Source: Candidatus Thorarchaeota archaeon (GTDB taxonomy: Archaea > Asgardarchaeota > Thorarchaeia > Thorarchaeales > Thorarchaeaceae). From it: DNA of 64,000 nt. The translations under genes and the position numbers were made by a program. Below, one piece after another: positions 32,883-43,645 of this stretch. Below the pieces are notes generated by a model. That model was not told the DNA's origin. It worked only from the letters and a program-made list of their open reading frames with translations, and made no database searches. How positions within the stretch are numbered: the first letter of the stretch is position 1; every line of letters starts with the position of its first letter. The stretch lies in the NCBI GenBank assembly GCA_963726195.1, contig CAVSBO010000004.1:224001-288000 (forward strand), in the 5' to 3' direction.

Positions 32883-34082
32883 ATGAAGATAGCAGTCACG
32901 CCCCGTGCGGCCAATCTAACATACGCAATCCGTGATATTGTTGTGGCAGCCAAGAAGTACGAGAAGGAAAAAGGGCAGATTCCTCTGTACTTGAACATTG
33001 GAGATCCTATCGCCTACGATTGGCGGACACCCGATTTCATGGTCGAAGCTCTAAGCAAGGCAGCCAAAGATGGTGTTAATGGGTATACTCCATCCGAGGG
33101 TCTTGAGGACTTTAGGAAAGCTGTCGCTGAAAAAGAGAAGAAGATTGGCGGCATTACAATCGACCCTGCTAGGGTTTTGACAACCAACGGTATATCAGAG
33201 GCAATCCAGTTTCTGACAGGAGCACTGGTAAGCCAAGGTTCCGAGTTCTTGCTTCCGGGACCGTCGTACCCGCCGTACATATCATACACCGAGTTCTTTG
33301 GAGGCAAACCTGTCACATATCGCACCATCGAGGAAGAGAACTGGGTTCCCGATCTAGACGATTTACGCAAGAAGGTCAACCAGAAGACTACTGGGATTGT
33401 GGTCATCAACCCAAACAACCCGACGGGAGCTGTTTATGATCAGAAGACGTTGAGTCAGATTGCATCGATTGCAGGTGAATATGGTCTCCCACTCATATCG
33501 GACGAGACCTATGACCGACTGACCTTTGAGAAGAAGCAGACGCCAATGGCCAAGGCGGCGGGCGACGTGCCTGTCATCGGTTTCAATGGAATCAGCAAAG
33601 TGTACTTGGCTCCCGGCTGGAGGATTGGCTATGTCTACTTCTGCGACCAGAAGGGAGAACTTGAGCCGATACGCGATGGAATGTTGCGACAGGCTCGAGT
33701 GAGAATCTGTGCCAACTCAGCGGCTCAAGTCGCTGCCGCTGTTGCTTTGAGAAGCGATGGGAGTCATCTGAAGGATGTGGTCCGAAGGATGAGGGAAAGA
33801 AGAGACCTGATCTGGAAGCGTCTCAATTCAATAGAATCGATCTCCACCACAAAGCCAGACGCCGCGTTCTACATTCTTCCTAAGGTTGACCTGAAAGGCC
33901 GATGGAAGAATGACACGGAGTTTGTTCTGGATGTGCTCAACGAGGCTGGTGTGGTTTTCGTGCCCGGTTCAGGATTCTGTCCAATCTATGGCGCATCGCA
34001 CTTCAGAAGTGTCTTCTTGCCTCCACCTAACGTAATCACGGAAGCCATGGACAGGCTCGAGCGATTCATGACAAAGCGATGA
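32883..34082 (+). CDS. Class I/II PLP aminotransferase (AlaA-like)
   Basis: LNIGDP, INPNNPTG, SDETYD, ISKVYLAPGWRIG. Confidence 0.9.
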   Translation: MKIAVTPRAANLTYAIRDIVVAAKKYEKEKGQIPLYLNIGDPIAYDWRTPDFMVEALSKAAKDGVNGYTPSEGLEDFRKAVAEKEKKIGGITIDPARVLTTNGISEAIQFLTGALVSQGSEFLLPGPSYPPYISYTEFFGGKPVTYRTIEEENWVPDLDDLRKKVNQKTTGIVVINPNNPTGAVYDQKTLSQIASIAGEYGLPLISDETYDRLTFEKKQTPMAKAAGDVPVIGFNGISKVYLAPGWRIGYVYFCDQKGELEPIRDGMLRQARVRICANSAAQVAAAVALRSDGSHLKDVVRRMRERRDLIWKRLNSIESISTTKPDAAFYILPKVDLKGRWKNDTEFVLDVLNEAGVVFVPGSGFCPIYGASHFRSVFLPPPNVITEAMDRLERFMTKR

Positions 34083-34097
34083 AGCAGGATTCGCAGC

Positions 34098-35876
34098 CTA
34101 GCCTAGCTCTGACAGTCTCGCTTCGAGATATGATGCTAGTTCATTTATGATTGAACGTACCATGACTTGGGCCAATTCCACCCTAGCAAGACCAGCAGGT
34201 CGTTCAGGGACCTTCAGCGCATCGCTCGTCAGGATGCTCTCTAGCTGGATACGTGCTTTCAACGCCCTAGCCTTTGCCGTATCCAAGGAGGCTCGCAGTT
34301 TCGTTCTTAGAGCAGCTTCAGTCGGATTGGTAGTGGCTCCAGCAGTTGGCGTCTGATTGTAAACCGTCTCAATGTCGCGCATCAGGTCAGACAGCTGGTC
34401 TCTTGCTGAAGAGATTGCGGTCGCAAGGTCCCGCTTGGCTTTGCTGTCCCTGTTCGACTCGGCAGTAGCTGTTGCTTCTTCGGTCTTGAGCTTCTTCTCC
34501 TGGCCGGTGAGTATTGACTGCAGTGTTTGGCGCATAGGCTCCAGTTTGGATTTGGCAAATTCATGCATCTCAGCTTGTCTGGATGCTCGTACAGCCTTGA
34601 GAAAGTTTTCATCTCCGAGCAGTCCGTCTATTGTGTCAATGACATCATTCGCCAAGCTGATTCTCGCTTTGGCAATCTCCAGCCTCTTTTCCTGAGTGTC
34701 AGTTCTGGCCTTCTCCAGCGAGGTGCTCAGGCCGTCCACGACTCTTTTCAAGGGCTCTTTCTCGAGTTCGGATTCATCTATAGTGGATTCGAGAAGGCTG
34801 GCCCGCCCATCGGTAACATCAAGGTCGTGAAGAAGCTTCTCGGTTTCCTTGTAGTCTTTCAGGGTCAAAATTGCAGGTCCTGCTTGCAGTGAATATTCAG
34901 TGCCTAACCTGTCAGTGTAGGAGCCCCTAACCATCACCGAGAACTCCTTCACTCCCATGAGTTCCTCAGATGATCGTACGAACGCCTCCATGGAACCTGA
35001 TTGGCCGGCGCCGAGTGAAGCGATATTCTTCTTCTTATCGCCGTACACGAAGGTCAGTCCATCGTCAAGGAGCCATTCCGCACTGAGCTTTGAAGCGGCT
35101 CCTTCTCCTTGGTTGTTGAAGACCGCCTTGACTGAAAATTGCTCGGTGAAGGTCATGTCCACAGGTAGTTGGAGCTGTGTCATAACCTTCGGCATCTTCA
35201 GTTTGCCACGCAGAATCTCCCTTGCCATGTCCAGGCCCCTGTCGATGTACTTGCTAAACTCCTGTGCCGCGGCATCCACGAGGGCCGGCTTCAACTCGGC
35301 TACTGCCGTGGTCTCTGCGCTTGAAAAGGCCTCAATGTCGACACCCTTGATGGCAGCCTCAAGCTGTTGAGGGATTTGACTCAACCGAACGACATCAGTC
35401 GTGGTCATTTTGGAAGCGTTTTGTGCTGCGAAGGTCATTGCCCTTTGATATGCATCGGCCTCGCGCCCTATCATCAGGTAAATCATGCACGCAGCCATGG
35501 CAAGTCCGGTGCCTTTCTTTACACCTGCAGGTTCACCCCACATCAGGTTCTCATCAGCGGCTTTCAAGAGATCAAGAGCCGCTCCTTCGTATGCTCTAAT
35601 CGCTTTGTCAGAATCGGCGAGCTCAGAGTAGAGGTCGCCTGCTGCACACATGTTCAGTGCAGCGCTCTTGAAGCTCTTCGAAGTCCTGTACCGGTCGGCA
35701 GCTTTGACATAGGTCTCAGCCGCCTGCACATAGAGTCTTTCAGCGCCAGCATGGTCACCATTCTGCTCGGACAATTCCGCAGCTTGGGCGAACTTCCTGC
35801 CAGCCTCCGTGAAAGACTGTCTGAGAGACTCCTTCGTAGCCTCCTCGATGATATGTTTGACATCGTCTCTTGACAT
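34098..35876 (-). CDS. Alpha-SNAP/TPR-like solenoid, CARDB/Ig-like domain and C-terminal coiled coil
   Basis: EAGRKFAQAAE..AAETYVKAA..AALNMCAAGDLY..AIRAYEGAA helical repeats; FNNQGEGAA..SLGAGQS beta-sandwich; heptads. Confidence 0.65.
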   Translation of the reverse strand: MSRDDVKHIIEEATKESLRQSFTEAGRKFAQAAELSEQNGDHAGAERLYVQAAETYVKAADRYRTSKSFKSAALNMCAAGDLYSELADSDKAIRAYEGAALDLLKAADENLMWGEPAGVKKGTGLAMAACMIYLMIGREADAYQRAMTFAAQNASKMTTTDVVRLSQIPQQLEAAIKGVDIEAFSSAETTAVAELKPALVDAAAQEFSKYIDRGLDMAREILRGKLKMPKVMTQLQLPVDMTFTEQFSVKAVFNNQGEGAASKLSAEWLLDDGLTFVYGDKKKNIASLGAGQSGSMEAFVRSSEELMGVKEFSVMVRGSYTDRLGTEYSLQAGPAILTLKDYKETEKLLHDLDVTDGRASLLESTIDESELEKEPLKRVVDGLSTSLEKARTDTQEKRLEIAKARISLANDVIDTIDGLLGDENFLKAVRASRQAEMHEFAKSKLEPMRQTLQSILTGQEKKLKTEEATATAESNRDSKAKRDLATAISSARDQLSDLMRDIETVYNQTPTAGATTNPTEAALRTKLRASLDTAKARALKARIQLESILTSDALKVPERPAGLARVELAQVMVRSIINELASYLEARLSELG

Positions 35877-35976
35877 GGCTTCTTTCTCCTGCAGTGCCTG
35901 TACGCTCCATGGACGAGCTTATTTATCCCTCTTTCGAGAAGCTCGCCAAAGGGGTTCACAATGAGTAGTGTGCCTA

Positions 35977-36267
35977 CTAGTAGACTTCGCGCGGCGACTG
36001 TGTGAGCCTGTCGGGCAGCGTACCGCCGTGGCCCTCGATGACGAGTTCGTATCCTCGCCCTACGCGACCTTTCTTTGCGGTCTGGAAGCCGGCCTTCTCA
36101 ATAGCTCGGGCTCCTCGTTCCGCGGCTCGCCTCTCGATCATGCTCACGCCACCGGGTACGACTAGGATTAACTTCTTCTGAGTGTCATCCAAGGTCAATG
36201 TTACGTCGGTGGTAGGTTGTCCCGTACACTCAAAGAACTGACTGTTTTTGTACTCTAGAATCGTCAT
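35977..36267 (-). CDS. Small protein, probable single gelsolin/cofilin-fold (ProGel-like)
   Basis: LTLDD..LILVV..SMIERRAAERGARAI parallels the gelsolin beta-beta-long-helix pattern. Confidence 0.5.
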   Translation of the reverse strand: MTILEYKNSQFFECTGQPTTDVTLTLDDTQKKLILVVPGGVSMIERRAAERGARAIEKAGFQTAKKGRVGRGYELVIEGHGGTLPDRLTQSPREVY

Positions 36268-36473
36268 GCAGACATTTCCCGTCCGATGTTAATTACGGAG
36301 CAGTTCGAACGTAGGCGCATATTAGCATATGGCGGATGGAGGCCTGTTCGATTCCTCAATCGAGAGGATGGAATGAGGAAAAGAAGAGAGAAGTTGGAGA
36401 AGGCTCAGGAGAGCACGACGAGTGCGCCCAGATTCGAGAGCCTTCCGTGATGAACTCGCAAACGCGCCGATTC

Positions 36474-36746
36474 TCAATCTCTGGGAGGAGGTGGAGGAAC
36501 ATCACCCTTACGCGTATCAATCTTTGTGAGTACCGAGTCGCGTTTCTTCTTGGGTGCGGCGAAGCCGATTATTATGAATACCAGCCCAATGACAGCCGCG
36601 ATTGCTCCAATCATGAAGGTGCTGGAACCTAGCAGCAGATTGCCATTCTGAGCGAGAAGAGCCAAGATTGCACCAACGATCAACAGCAGTACTCCTAGAC
36701 ATATCGGCACTGTGCGCGCATAGCTGCGTTTAGTGAGATAAGCCAT
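36474..36746 (-). CDS. Small two-TM membrane protein with poly-Pro tail
   Basis: AGGAG RBS; two TMs; KKKR...PPPPPRD. Confidence 0.7.
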   Translation of the reverse strand: MAYLTKRSYARTVPICLGVLLLIVGAILALLAQNGNLLLGSSTFMIGAIAAVIGLVFIIIGFAAPKKKRDSVLTKIDTRKGDVPPPPPRD

Positions 36747-36856
36747 GATTATTGACTCCTAACCGAGACCTGACCGGAGGTCTCGTCTAATCATACTCGG
36801 TTCTGGTGTACTGATTTAACTCTATCTGCTTTTGATTCCAGCCACATGACGCTGAT

Positions 36857-37746
36857 TCATGATGTCTGCTTCAATGACACGATAACTGTGCAACCATTGG
36901 ACGAAGTGTTAACCAGAACGTTTGCCCCTGTCGTGTCAGCGACCTTGCTCGCTAGCATTTCATGAAATGCGCAGGGAAAACCGGGGGCAGGCTGACTCCT
37001 CTGCTCCTAAGAGCGTTAGCGATTCTCAGTATCTCGCAGGCACCGGTTTCGACTGTAATCTTGCTCGAACCGGTTAGAGCCAGCTGGCTTTCACGAGAAC
37101 AAGCTTGAATGAAGGATACGAACTGCGTTATCAAATCAGCAGACTTGCCTGATGCAGCCCACCTCTCAATTAAGGCCCTTGCTGCCTGACCGAAAACCTC
37201 CTTCGGATGGTCCGGTCCCAGACTTGAACAATACGCAGCAACTTCGGCAATCAGTACAGAGTGCGCTTCCAAGTCAGTTTGCCAAGCCTCCGCAGGGCTC
37301 AGTGTCTTGACTGTAGGTATCTGTTCAAGTCGCGGAAGACTGAGTGCATAGTCGATTTGCACAGCTTCACGCCGAGCTTGAAGCCTCTCAGGATGCGGAC
37401 TGGCGTCAGTTGTCAGTGAAGAGCTTGAAGCATCCTCCCCTTCTCTGACAAGGTCCTTTTCCTCGTAGTTGGGACAGATGCCGGATTGCTCATATCTTCT
37501 TGCGTACTGCATGAGTCTTCCTGCACACATTGCTACAGAAGATCGGCTGAGACCCTCCAGTCTGATGAAACCGTAGATTACGCCAACAAAATCATCAAGG
37601 CTCAGTTGTGACATGGTCTTCTCGACGATAATCTTCTTTCCCCTGACTACGCGAGCAGCCCACTTTTCGTCCATAACACCAGCTTGCGCCGCATAACTCG
37701 TGTTCGTTATCACGACCAATGGCGAGATGGGATAGAACCCGGCCAT
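36857..37746 (-). CDS. Hypothetical protein with C-terminal V4R-like domain (indel at ~36973)
   Basis: KITVETGACEI...FPCAFHEMLA...NGCTVIV after restoring the frame (three-Cys V4R-like pattern). Confidence 0.5.
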
Positions 37747-37842
37747 TTGATACCTCGTCCGCTATCTGTTCTATCACATAGCGAGTCTCTGGATGTTCAA
37801 AAGAGTATGTTGAACGTATGTCAAGGCCGGGACATGGCAACA

Positions 37843-40336
37843 TCATGGTCTCTTGGTTTTCACCCGGAGTGTGAGGATGGAATGAGGACCCACCGGCAGC
37901 CGGAATGTATTGGTGTGGAAACCTATTTCGCCCATGTCTCTTTCACACAAGTCCGTGAGATTCACGGATTCGAGCTCATAGAAGAACTTGAGCGTGGCAA
38001 TGCCTTCGGTGCCACCCATTTCATAGAGTCTTAGCACGAATTCTCCGGGATTCCCGGTCGGCTTGAGGCAGGAAAGAGCCAAGTCCATGCCCTGTATCTC
38101 GAGAAATGATGCCTCGTGAGGCAGGCTGCCGCCAGTGCTCTCTTGACAACATGCCATCAGGGGCAGGCGATGTTCAGCGGAGCTCCTCCATACCTTGGCT
38201 TTGTCCCACTTTCCTCGATGAGGAATAATAGAGTAGTGGAAGATGTGTGTCCCAATCTCGCGTGCAGTCTCGGTTTCTATTATCTCATCATCCTTTCCGC
38301 GGGAGAGGTAGTTTACGCTTCTGAGAAGAGTTGCTGAGAGCACGCCATCCGTGAATTCATAATCGTGGAGCCCGATTGCTGAGAAGCAAATTCCAAGGTC
38401 TGGTCCGGCACAGTCCACCCAATCAAGTGCGTGAAAGAGACCACCTTTGTTGCCTGCTTGGGAGGACCCGCTCCGAGGTATGACAAGCCTCTCCTCAGCA
38501 GCAAACTGCGACCCAACGACGACGCTGTTCGTGTAGACATTCAATGGGAAACTCAAGCGCACTCGCCTTTCTTGTCCCTTGAACTCCAATTCGGTCTCAA
38601 AGTCGACTCGGCGTACACCCTCATAGACGGAAATGCGTTGTCTACGAGTGCATCCATCGAAGTCGCCTGAGATTTCTGCGGTGGCCCGAACAGGTCCGGT
38701 TTCAACAATCTGTATCTTGGAAACAGTACGCAGGGACGTCACTTGGGAGTCCTGAAGCGATCGATTCGAAGGAGAGAATTCGTACAGGTCTCCTACGTCC
38801 GTTTCAATCGTGATGTAGTTCCCGCGTTCTCTAAGGAGCTCGTTTTGGCTCGCCTTGTCAAAGAACCTGAAGATGGCGCCGCTGAATTCATCGAACTCAA
38901 GAATGAAATTGCTGGACTCAATCCAGTTCCTCCCAGTTCTTATTGAGGACGCAAATTCAGGAGCCTTCTCGACTGGGACCAGCGAGTAGACTCTATGGCT
39001 TAGTGGCGGCATTCCCGAGGCGACAAAAGCCAGATTCACAAGGGTCGAATCCTCACTTTTCTTTAGAACCTGAAATGGAATACTGCGACCGTCAGGACCT
39101 CGTAGGCTCGAATGCGCCCGAAATATGGTTGGTCAAGTCGACTTCGATTTGTACAAAGTCGTCCCGCGACCATGGCAATGGATTGGTGACTACGAAACTC
39201 AGATTCTCGGACGGTCTCGCGACCTGCGAAACCATTCGGGCAACTGTCTCTTCTAGTAGTTGCTCCGCTTGGGCAACTGCCTGTTGATACCTCTTGATAG
39301 CCTGCTTGAATGGTTCGTCTGCAAGGGCACCCCTGATGATGTTGTGATCTTGGTTGAAAAGCAGAATCCTCCACAGGTTCTCCAGTTGCGGTATTTTCTC
39401 ACGTTCATCGCCAAAGCTCATGTATAGTTCAATGAGGTGAACAAGACTCTCCAGCCTGCGATTCAGAATCTTGAGCTTGGTTCTGGCACTGAGTCCCCCT
39501 TGGTGCATCGAGGCAAACCGGTCGCTGTAAAGACCTCCCTCAATCACTGGCATTCTGGCCTGTACTGTCTTGGTCTTGTCAGTGAACTCGCGTGGAGTCA
39601 CTATTGCCATCCGCATGTCAGGAAAGGTTGAGTTCCACTTGCTGGCGATATCGGCGAGATGAGGTAGGGGCGGGACAAGTTCTCCGCCAGTTGGTATGAG
39701 CAAGTTGTTCGAAACCGCGTGGCTGCTTATTGCTTCAATAATCTTCAGAATCTTGGTGAATGCATCTCTCTGATTCTCAGACAACCACGCAGCACAGTCA
39801 TATCCCTGAGAGAGCCACGTTGCGATTACTTGGCTGCCGTCAGGTGCTTTCCAGATGAACTCGCTCGGCGAGTCATAACCCATGCCCCGCCAGAAGTAGT
39901 ACGAATCCATTCCGCACAATCTAAGGATTTGCGGCATCTGAGAGGGATGTCCAGCCGAATCGATTGCCCACCCTGTACGAACGTCTATCCCAAATTCCTT
40001 TCTGAAGAACTGTGTGCCGTACAGATACTGGCGTACTATCGACTCCCCGTCGGGCAAGACAAAGTCGGGCATTACATAGGTTCCGCCGACAATCTCGACA
40101 CGTCCCTCTAATACACGCTGATGCAGTGTGTCCCAGTAATTCGGAAACAGCTTCTTGAAGCCCTCTAGCAACGTGACTTGGTCCAAACAGAACCTGTGGG
40201 TAGGATTGACTTCGAGGAAATCTAGTACGCTCTTTACATTCCAAGAGCCAATGCTCACATAGTGTTCGTATGTTCGAGACCTGGAATTATCGAAGTGCAA
40301 AAACGGGCACATGTTGAGGATCCAACGGTCGGTCAT
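37843..40336 (-). CDS. GH38 alpha-mannosidase-like protein (split at ~39040-39100)
   Basis: HFD, GRVEIVGG..PD..LPDGES.VRQ, GWAIDSAGH..QMPQI, EFIWKAPDGS, QDHN; C-terminal ETGPVRA, TLLRS, LRLYE. Confidence 0.85.
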
Positions 40337-40649
40337 GCAAGTCACATCTGTCGGCAGGCCATCGTCTGAGTCTCTAGTTAGGAGTCCTGTCACCTTTATG
40401 AGCATTGCCAGTGGTCAAGGGGCGGGCTATTGATGTGACACAGGACCCTTCAATTGACCCACCGATTGGTCTGTTGGGCAAAGAGAGCGGAAAGATCAAC
40501 GAGCAACAGGACCTGGAAGAGACTTGTGCCAACGCTTCACGTGATGATATCCTGGTCGGAGAACGCAGAGGGGTCGTGTCTTCTCTCTTGAGAACTTGCG
40601 TCCTGAAATGCCGAGTGTGCACTACCCCAACTGCAGGTTGTCCGAACAC

Positions 40650-42836
40650 TTACACGTACCCTGTCAGCGCTTCGGCTTTCTGTGGTTGACGTCTGAGAAT
40701 CACCTCAGCTATCTCCTGGAAGCGTTTCAGGTCGTCAGGACTAATGCTTGGTCGTACCTCGTGTAGGGCCTCGTCGAAATGCTTCATTTCGACGGGCTTG
40801 ACTTTCCAGTTGTTCCTGACTGCGGCCATTGCTGCCTCTCTGCACAGACCTTCTATGTCAGCTCCGGAGAATCCGTCTGTGAGGTCTGCCAATCGCTCAA
40901 GGTTCACGTCCTTAGCTAGGGGCATTTTCCTAGTGTGGACCTTGAGGATTTCTAGCCGAGCGGCTCTGTCGGGTGGCGGCACGAAGAGAACGGCGTCAAA
41001 CCTTCCCGGCCTCAGGACAGCGGGGTCAAGCATATCAGCACGGTTAGTGGCGCCGATAACCAACACGTTCTGCAGGGTCTGCATTCCGTCCACCTCTGCT
41101 AGGAACTGGTTAACGATTCTCTGGCTCACGCCCGAGTCATCTCGAGACCCTCTTGCGCTGAGAATCGCGTCAATCTCATCGAAGAACAGTATGCATGGTG
41201 CTACCTGCCGGGCTTTCTTGAAAATCTCGCGAACCGCCTTCTCTGATTCACCTACATACTTGTTGAAGAACTCAGGCCCCTTGACAGCGATGAAGTTCGC
41301 CTCACTCTCTGTTGCCACAGCCTTGGCAAGCAGTGTCTTCCCTGTGCCCGGGGGTCCAAAGAGCATTATGCCCTTGGGAGTTCTGATTCCCATGCCACTG
41401 AAGACCTCAGGGTGTTTGAGTGGCGCCTCGACGGCCTCCCTGAGCTGAGCCTTCACCTTTTCCAAGCCGCCGATGTCGTCCCATCGTACATTCGGCTTTT
41501 CGACCATTACTTCTCTAAGCGCGGATGGTGATACCTCGGTAAGAGCCGTCTCAAAGTCCGCTTGCGTCACAAAGAGACTGTTCAGAACATCAGGAGGAAT
41601 GTCTCCAGTCTCGGGATCAACATGCGGGAGTGCTCTACGCAGAGCCTGCATGGCTGCTTCTCGTGCTAGTGCTGCGAGATCGGCCCCCACGAATCCGTGA
41701 GTAATTGCTGCGAGCTTCTCAAGGTCGAGACCCTGTTCAAGAGGCATAGCCCTTGTATGTATTTGAAGAATCTCAAGGCGACCTTTCTTGTCAGGGACTC
41801 CTAGCACTATTTCTCTGTCAAACCTGCCGGGCCTTCTGAGAGCAGGATCTAAGTCGTCTGGCCGATTGGTCGCACCGATTACTATGACCTGACCACGGGT
41901 CTGTAGACCATCCATTAGTGCCAAGAGCTGAGCCACGACCCTTCTTTCTACTTCCCCTGTCACTTCTGCTCGCTTGGGCGCAATGCTGTCAATCTCATCG
42001 ATGAAGATGATGCTCGGAGCATTCTTTTCTGCGTCGTCAAAGACCTCTCTTAGCTTCTGCTCGGACTCACCATAGAACTTGGACATTATCTCAGGTCCGT
42101 TTATGGTCTTGAACGTCGCTCCTGATTCGTTGGCAACTGCTTTTGCTATCAATGTCTTTCCGGTACCTGGAGGTCCTGTAAGCAATACACCCTTTGGAGG
42201 TGCAATTCCCAAGCGCTTGAACAGCTCGGGTGACTTCATGGGCAGTTCAATCATTTCGCGTATCTTCTGCAGCTCTTTTCCTAAGCCGCCAATATCCTCG
42301 TACGTGACCTGAGGAATGGACACCTCTTCGGGAGCAGCTGGTCCTGTCCGGACTTCGACCTTTGTCTCAGGTGTTACGCGAGCATGCTTGGCCGGAGCGA
42401 CGGTCGTGACTGTGAATTGAAGGCCTTGGCCGATGGATGCAACTAGCAAAGCATCTCCTCTTGTAACGGGCTTGTTGATGATTTGCTGCTTAATGTACTC
42501 CTCAAATCCAGGCTGAAATCTCACAGGCTGGCTTGGAGCCAAGACGATTCGCGATGCTTCGGAGAGGGTTATGGCCGAGACCTCAACCACATCGCCTAGC
42601 TTCACCCCGGCATTGCTTCTGATGAGGCCGTCCATTCTTATCATATCAAGAATCTCATCTTCTTTGAGTGCGGGCCAGCAAACGGCAACGGTTTCCTTGC
42701 TGGCTTTGAGAAGAACGTAGTCACCAGATCTGACTCCGAGTTGATTCCTCACATCACTGTTCAGTCTGACAATGCCTCGGCCTTGATCCCTCGGCATGGC
42801 CGCGGCAACCTTTAAGCTCACTGACTCTCCCGGCAT
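40650..42836 (-). CDS. cdc48: Cdc48/VAT AAA+ ATPase
   Basis: Double-psi N-domain, two GPPGTGKT, IDEID/FDEID, RRPGRFD, C-terminal GYV. Confidence 0.97.
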   Translation of the reverse strand: MPGESVSLKVAAAMPRDQGRGIVRLNSDVRNQLGVRSGDYVLLKASKETVAVCWPALKEDEILDMIRMDGLIRSNAGVKLGDVVEVSAITLSEASRIVLAPSQPVRFQPGFEEYIKQQIINKPVTRGDALLVASIGQGLQFTVTTVAPAKHARVTPETKVEVRTGPAAPEEVSIPQVTYEDIGGLGKELQKIREMIELPMKSPELFKRLGIAPPKGVLLTGPPGTGKTLIAKAVANESGATFKTINGPEIMSKFYGESEQKLREVFDDAEKNAPSIIFIDEIDSIAPKRAEVTGEVERRVVAQLLALMDGLQTRGQVIVIGATNRPDDLDPALRRPGRFDREIVLGVPDKKGRLEILQIHTRAMPLEQGLDLEKLAAITHGFVGADLAALAREAAMQALRRALPHVDPETGDIPPDVLNSLFVTQADFETALTEVSPSALREVMVEKPNVRWDDIGGLEKVKAQLREAVEAPLKHPEVFSGMGIRTPKGIMLFGPPGTGKTLLAKAVATESEANFIAVKGPEFFNKYVGESEKAVREIFKKARQVAPCILFFDEIDAILSARGSRDDSGVSQRIVNQFLAEVDGMQTLQNVLVIGATNRADMLDPAVLRPGRFDAVLFVPPPDRAARLEILKVHTRKMPLAKDVNLERLADLTDGFSGADIEGLCREAAMAAVRNNWKVKPVEMKHFDEALHEVRPSISPDDLKRFQEIAEVILRRQPQKAEALTGYV

Positions 42837-42862
42837 TCTTTCCTCTCCTCGCTTCGGTTTTG

Positions 42863-43285
42863 CTACTCTTTTGAGCCAATCTCCTCTTCACTATTAAGAG
42901 TCTTTGGAAGGTGCATCTCCATCACGCCGTTCCTAACGGATGTGTTTGATTTCTTCAAACTCACGTTGTAGGGCAAATCAAACTTGAGTTCTCTGTCGTT
43001 ATCACCGTCAATCTTGACTGTTAGCTGTCGGTTCTTGATGACTGCTCGCGGTCTCGCAGCGTCTGACACTCCGTCGACTGCGATAAGAATGCTGTCTCCT
43101 AAATCGATCATTTCTCCATGATCTTCGTTACTCTCTATCTCGGACTCAAAGCGCTGCTCGTCTGAGCCTTCGTCGTGGTCGTCTGATTCTGCATCTAGAG
43201 AGCTGAAAGGACTCATCCTAAGCATGTCCGACATCATTCTGCCAAACAGCTGGTCCACTATTCTCTTGAAGTCATCATCAATCAT
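42863..43285 (-). CDS. Small heat-shock (Hsp20/alpha-crystallin-like) protein
   Basis: IDLGDSILIAVDGV...FDLP...RNGVMEMHLPK; directly upstream of cdc48. Confidence 0.75.
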   Translation of the reverse strand: MIDDDFKRIVDQLFGRMMSDMLRMSPFSSLDAESDDHDEGSDEQRFESEIESNEDHGEMIDLGDSILIAVDGVSDAARPRAVIKNRQLTVKIDGDNDRELKFDLPYNVSLKKSNTSVRNGVMEMHLPKTLNSEEEIGSKE

Positions 43286-43374
43286 AGTTCCCTCATCTCT
43301 TGGTGAGGTCCCGGGCGGCTGTTCACCGCCCTGAGAGTCACGTTCGGGACCTCTGTACAGCTTGGTACAGTGGG

Positions 43375-43423
43375 CTAGGGACCACTTTGTACCATAGCCA
43401 CTAGGGACCACTTTGTATATAAG
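43375..43423 (-). promoter_or_regulatory. hsp20-cdc48 promoter with 17-bp perfect direct repeat
   Basis: CTAGGGACCACTTTGTA at 43375-43391 and 43401-43417, abutting TATA (CTTATATA on the minus strand, 43416-43423). Confidence 0.65.
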
Positions 43424-43645
43424 GTTTATGAACTGCATGCGTGTCTCAAGGGCGGGAGGTACACAGCTCTGAGCTGAATTCTCAGGATGGGCCTTCACGG
43501 TCGGCTTCACACCTCAACTGTCTTGTTCTTGCCAAAACCACGTTACTATTCCATTCCTAGAAACGAGCCGGAAGGAATATGGATATAACAAAACTCAATC
43601 ACTCTGACAGCATACGAAGCAAACACGATTCGGAGGATGTGCGAC

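Noticed and set aside
36745-36794. SECIS-like element (AUGA-N12-AA on the + strand)
   Set aside because: No closing GA for the quartet and no Sec-containing gene nearby
43375-43417. Mini-CRISPR array
   Set aside because: Only two 17-bp copies with a 9-bp spacer and no cas genes
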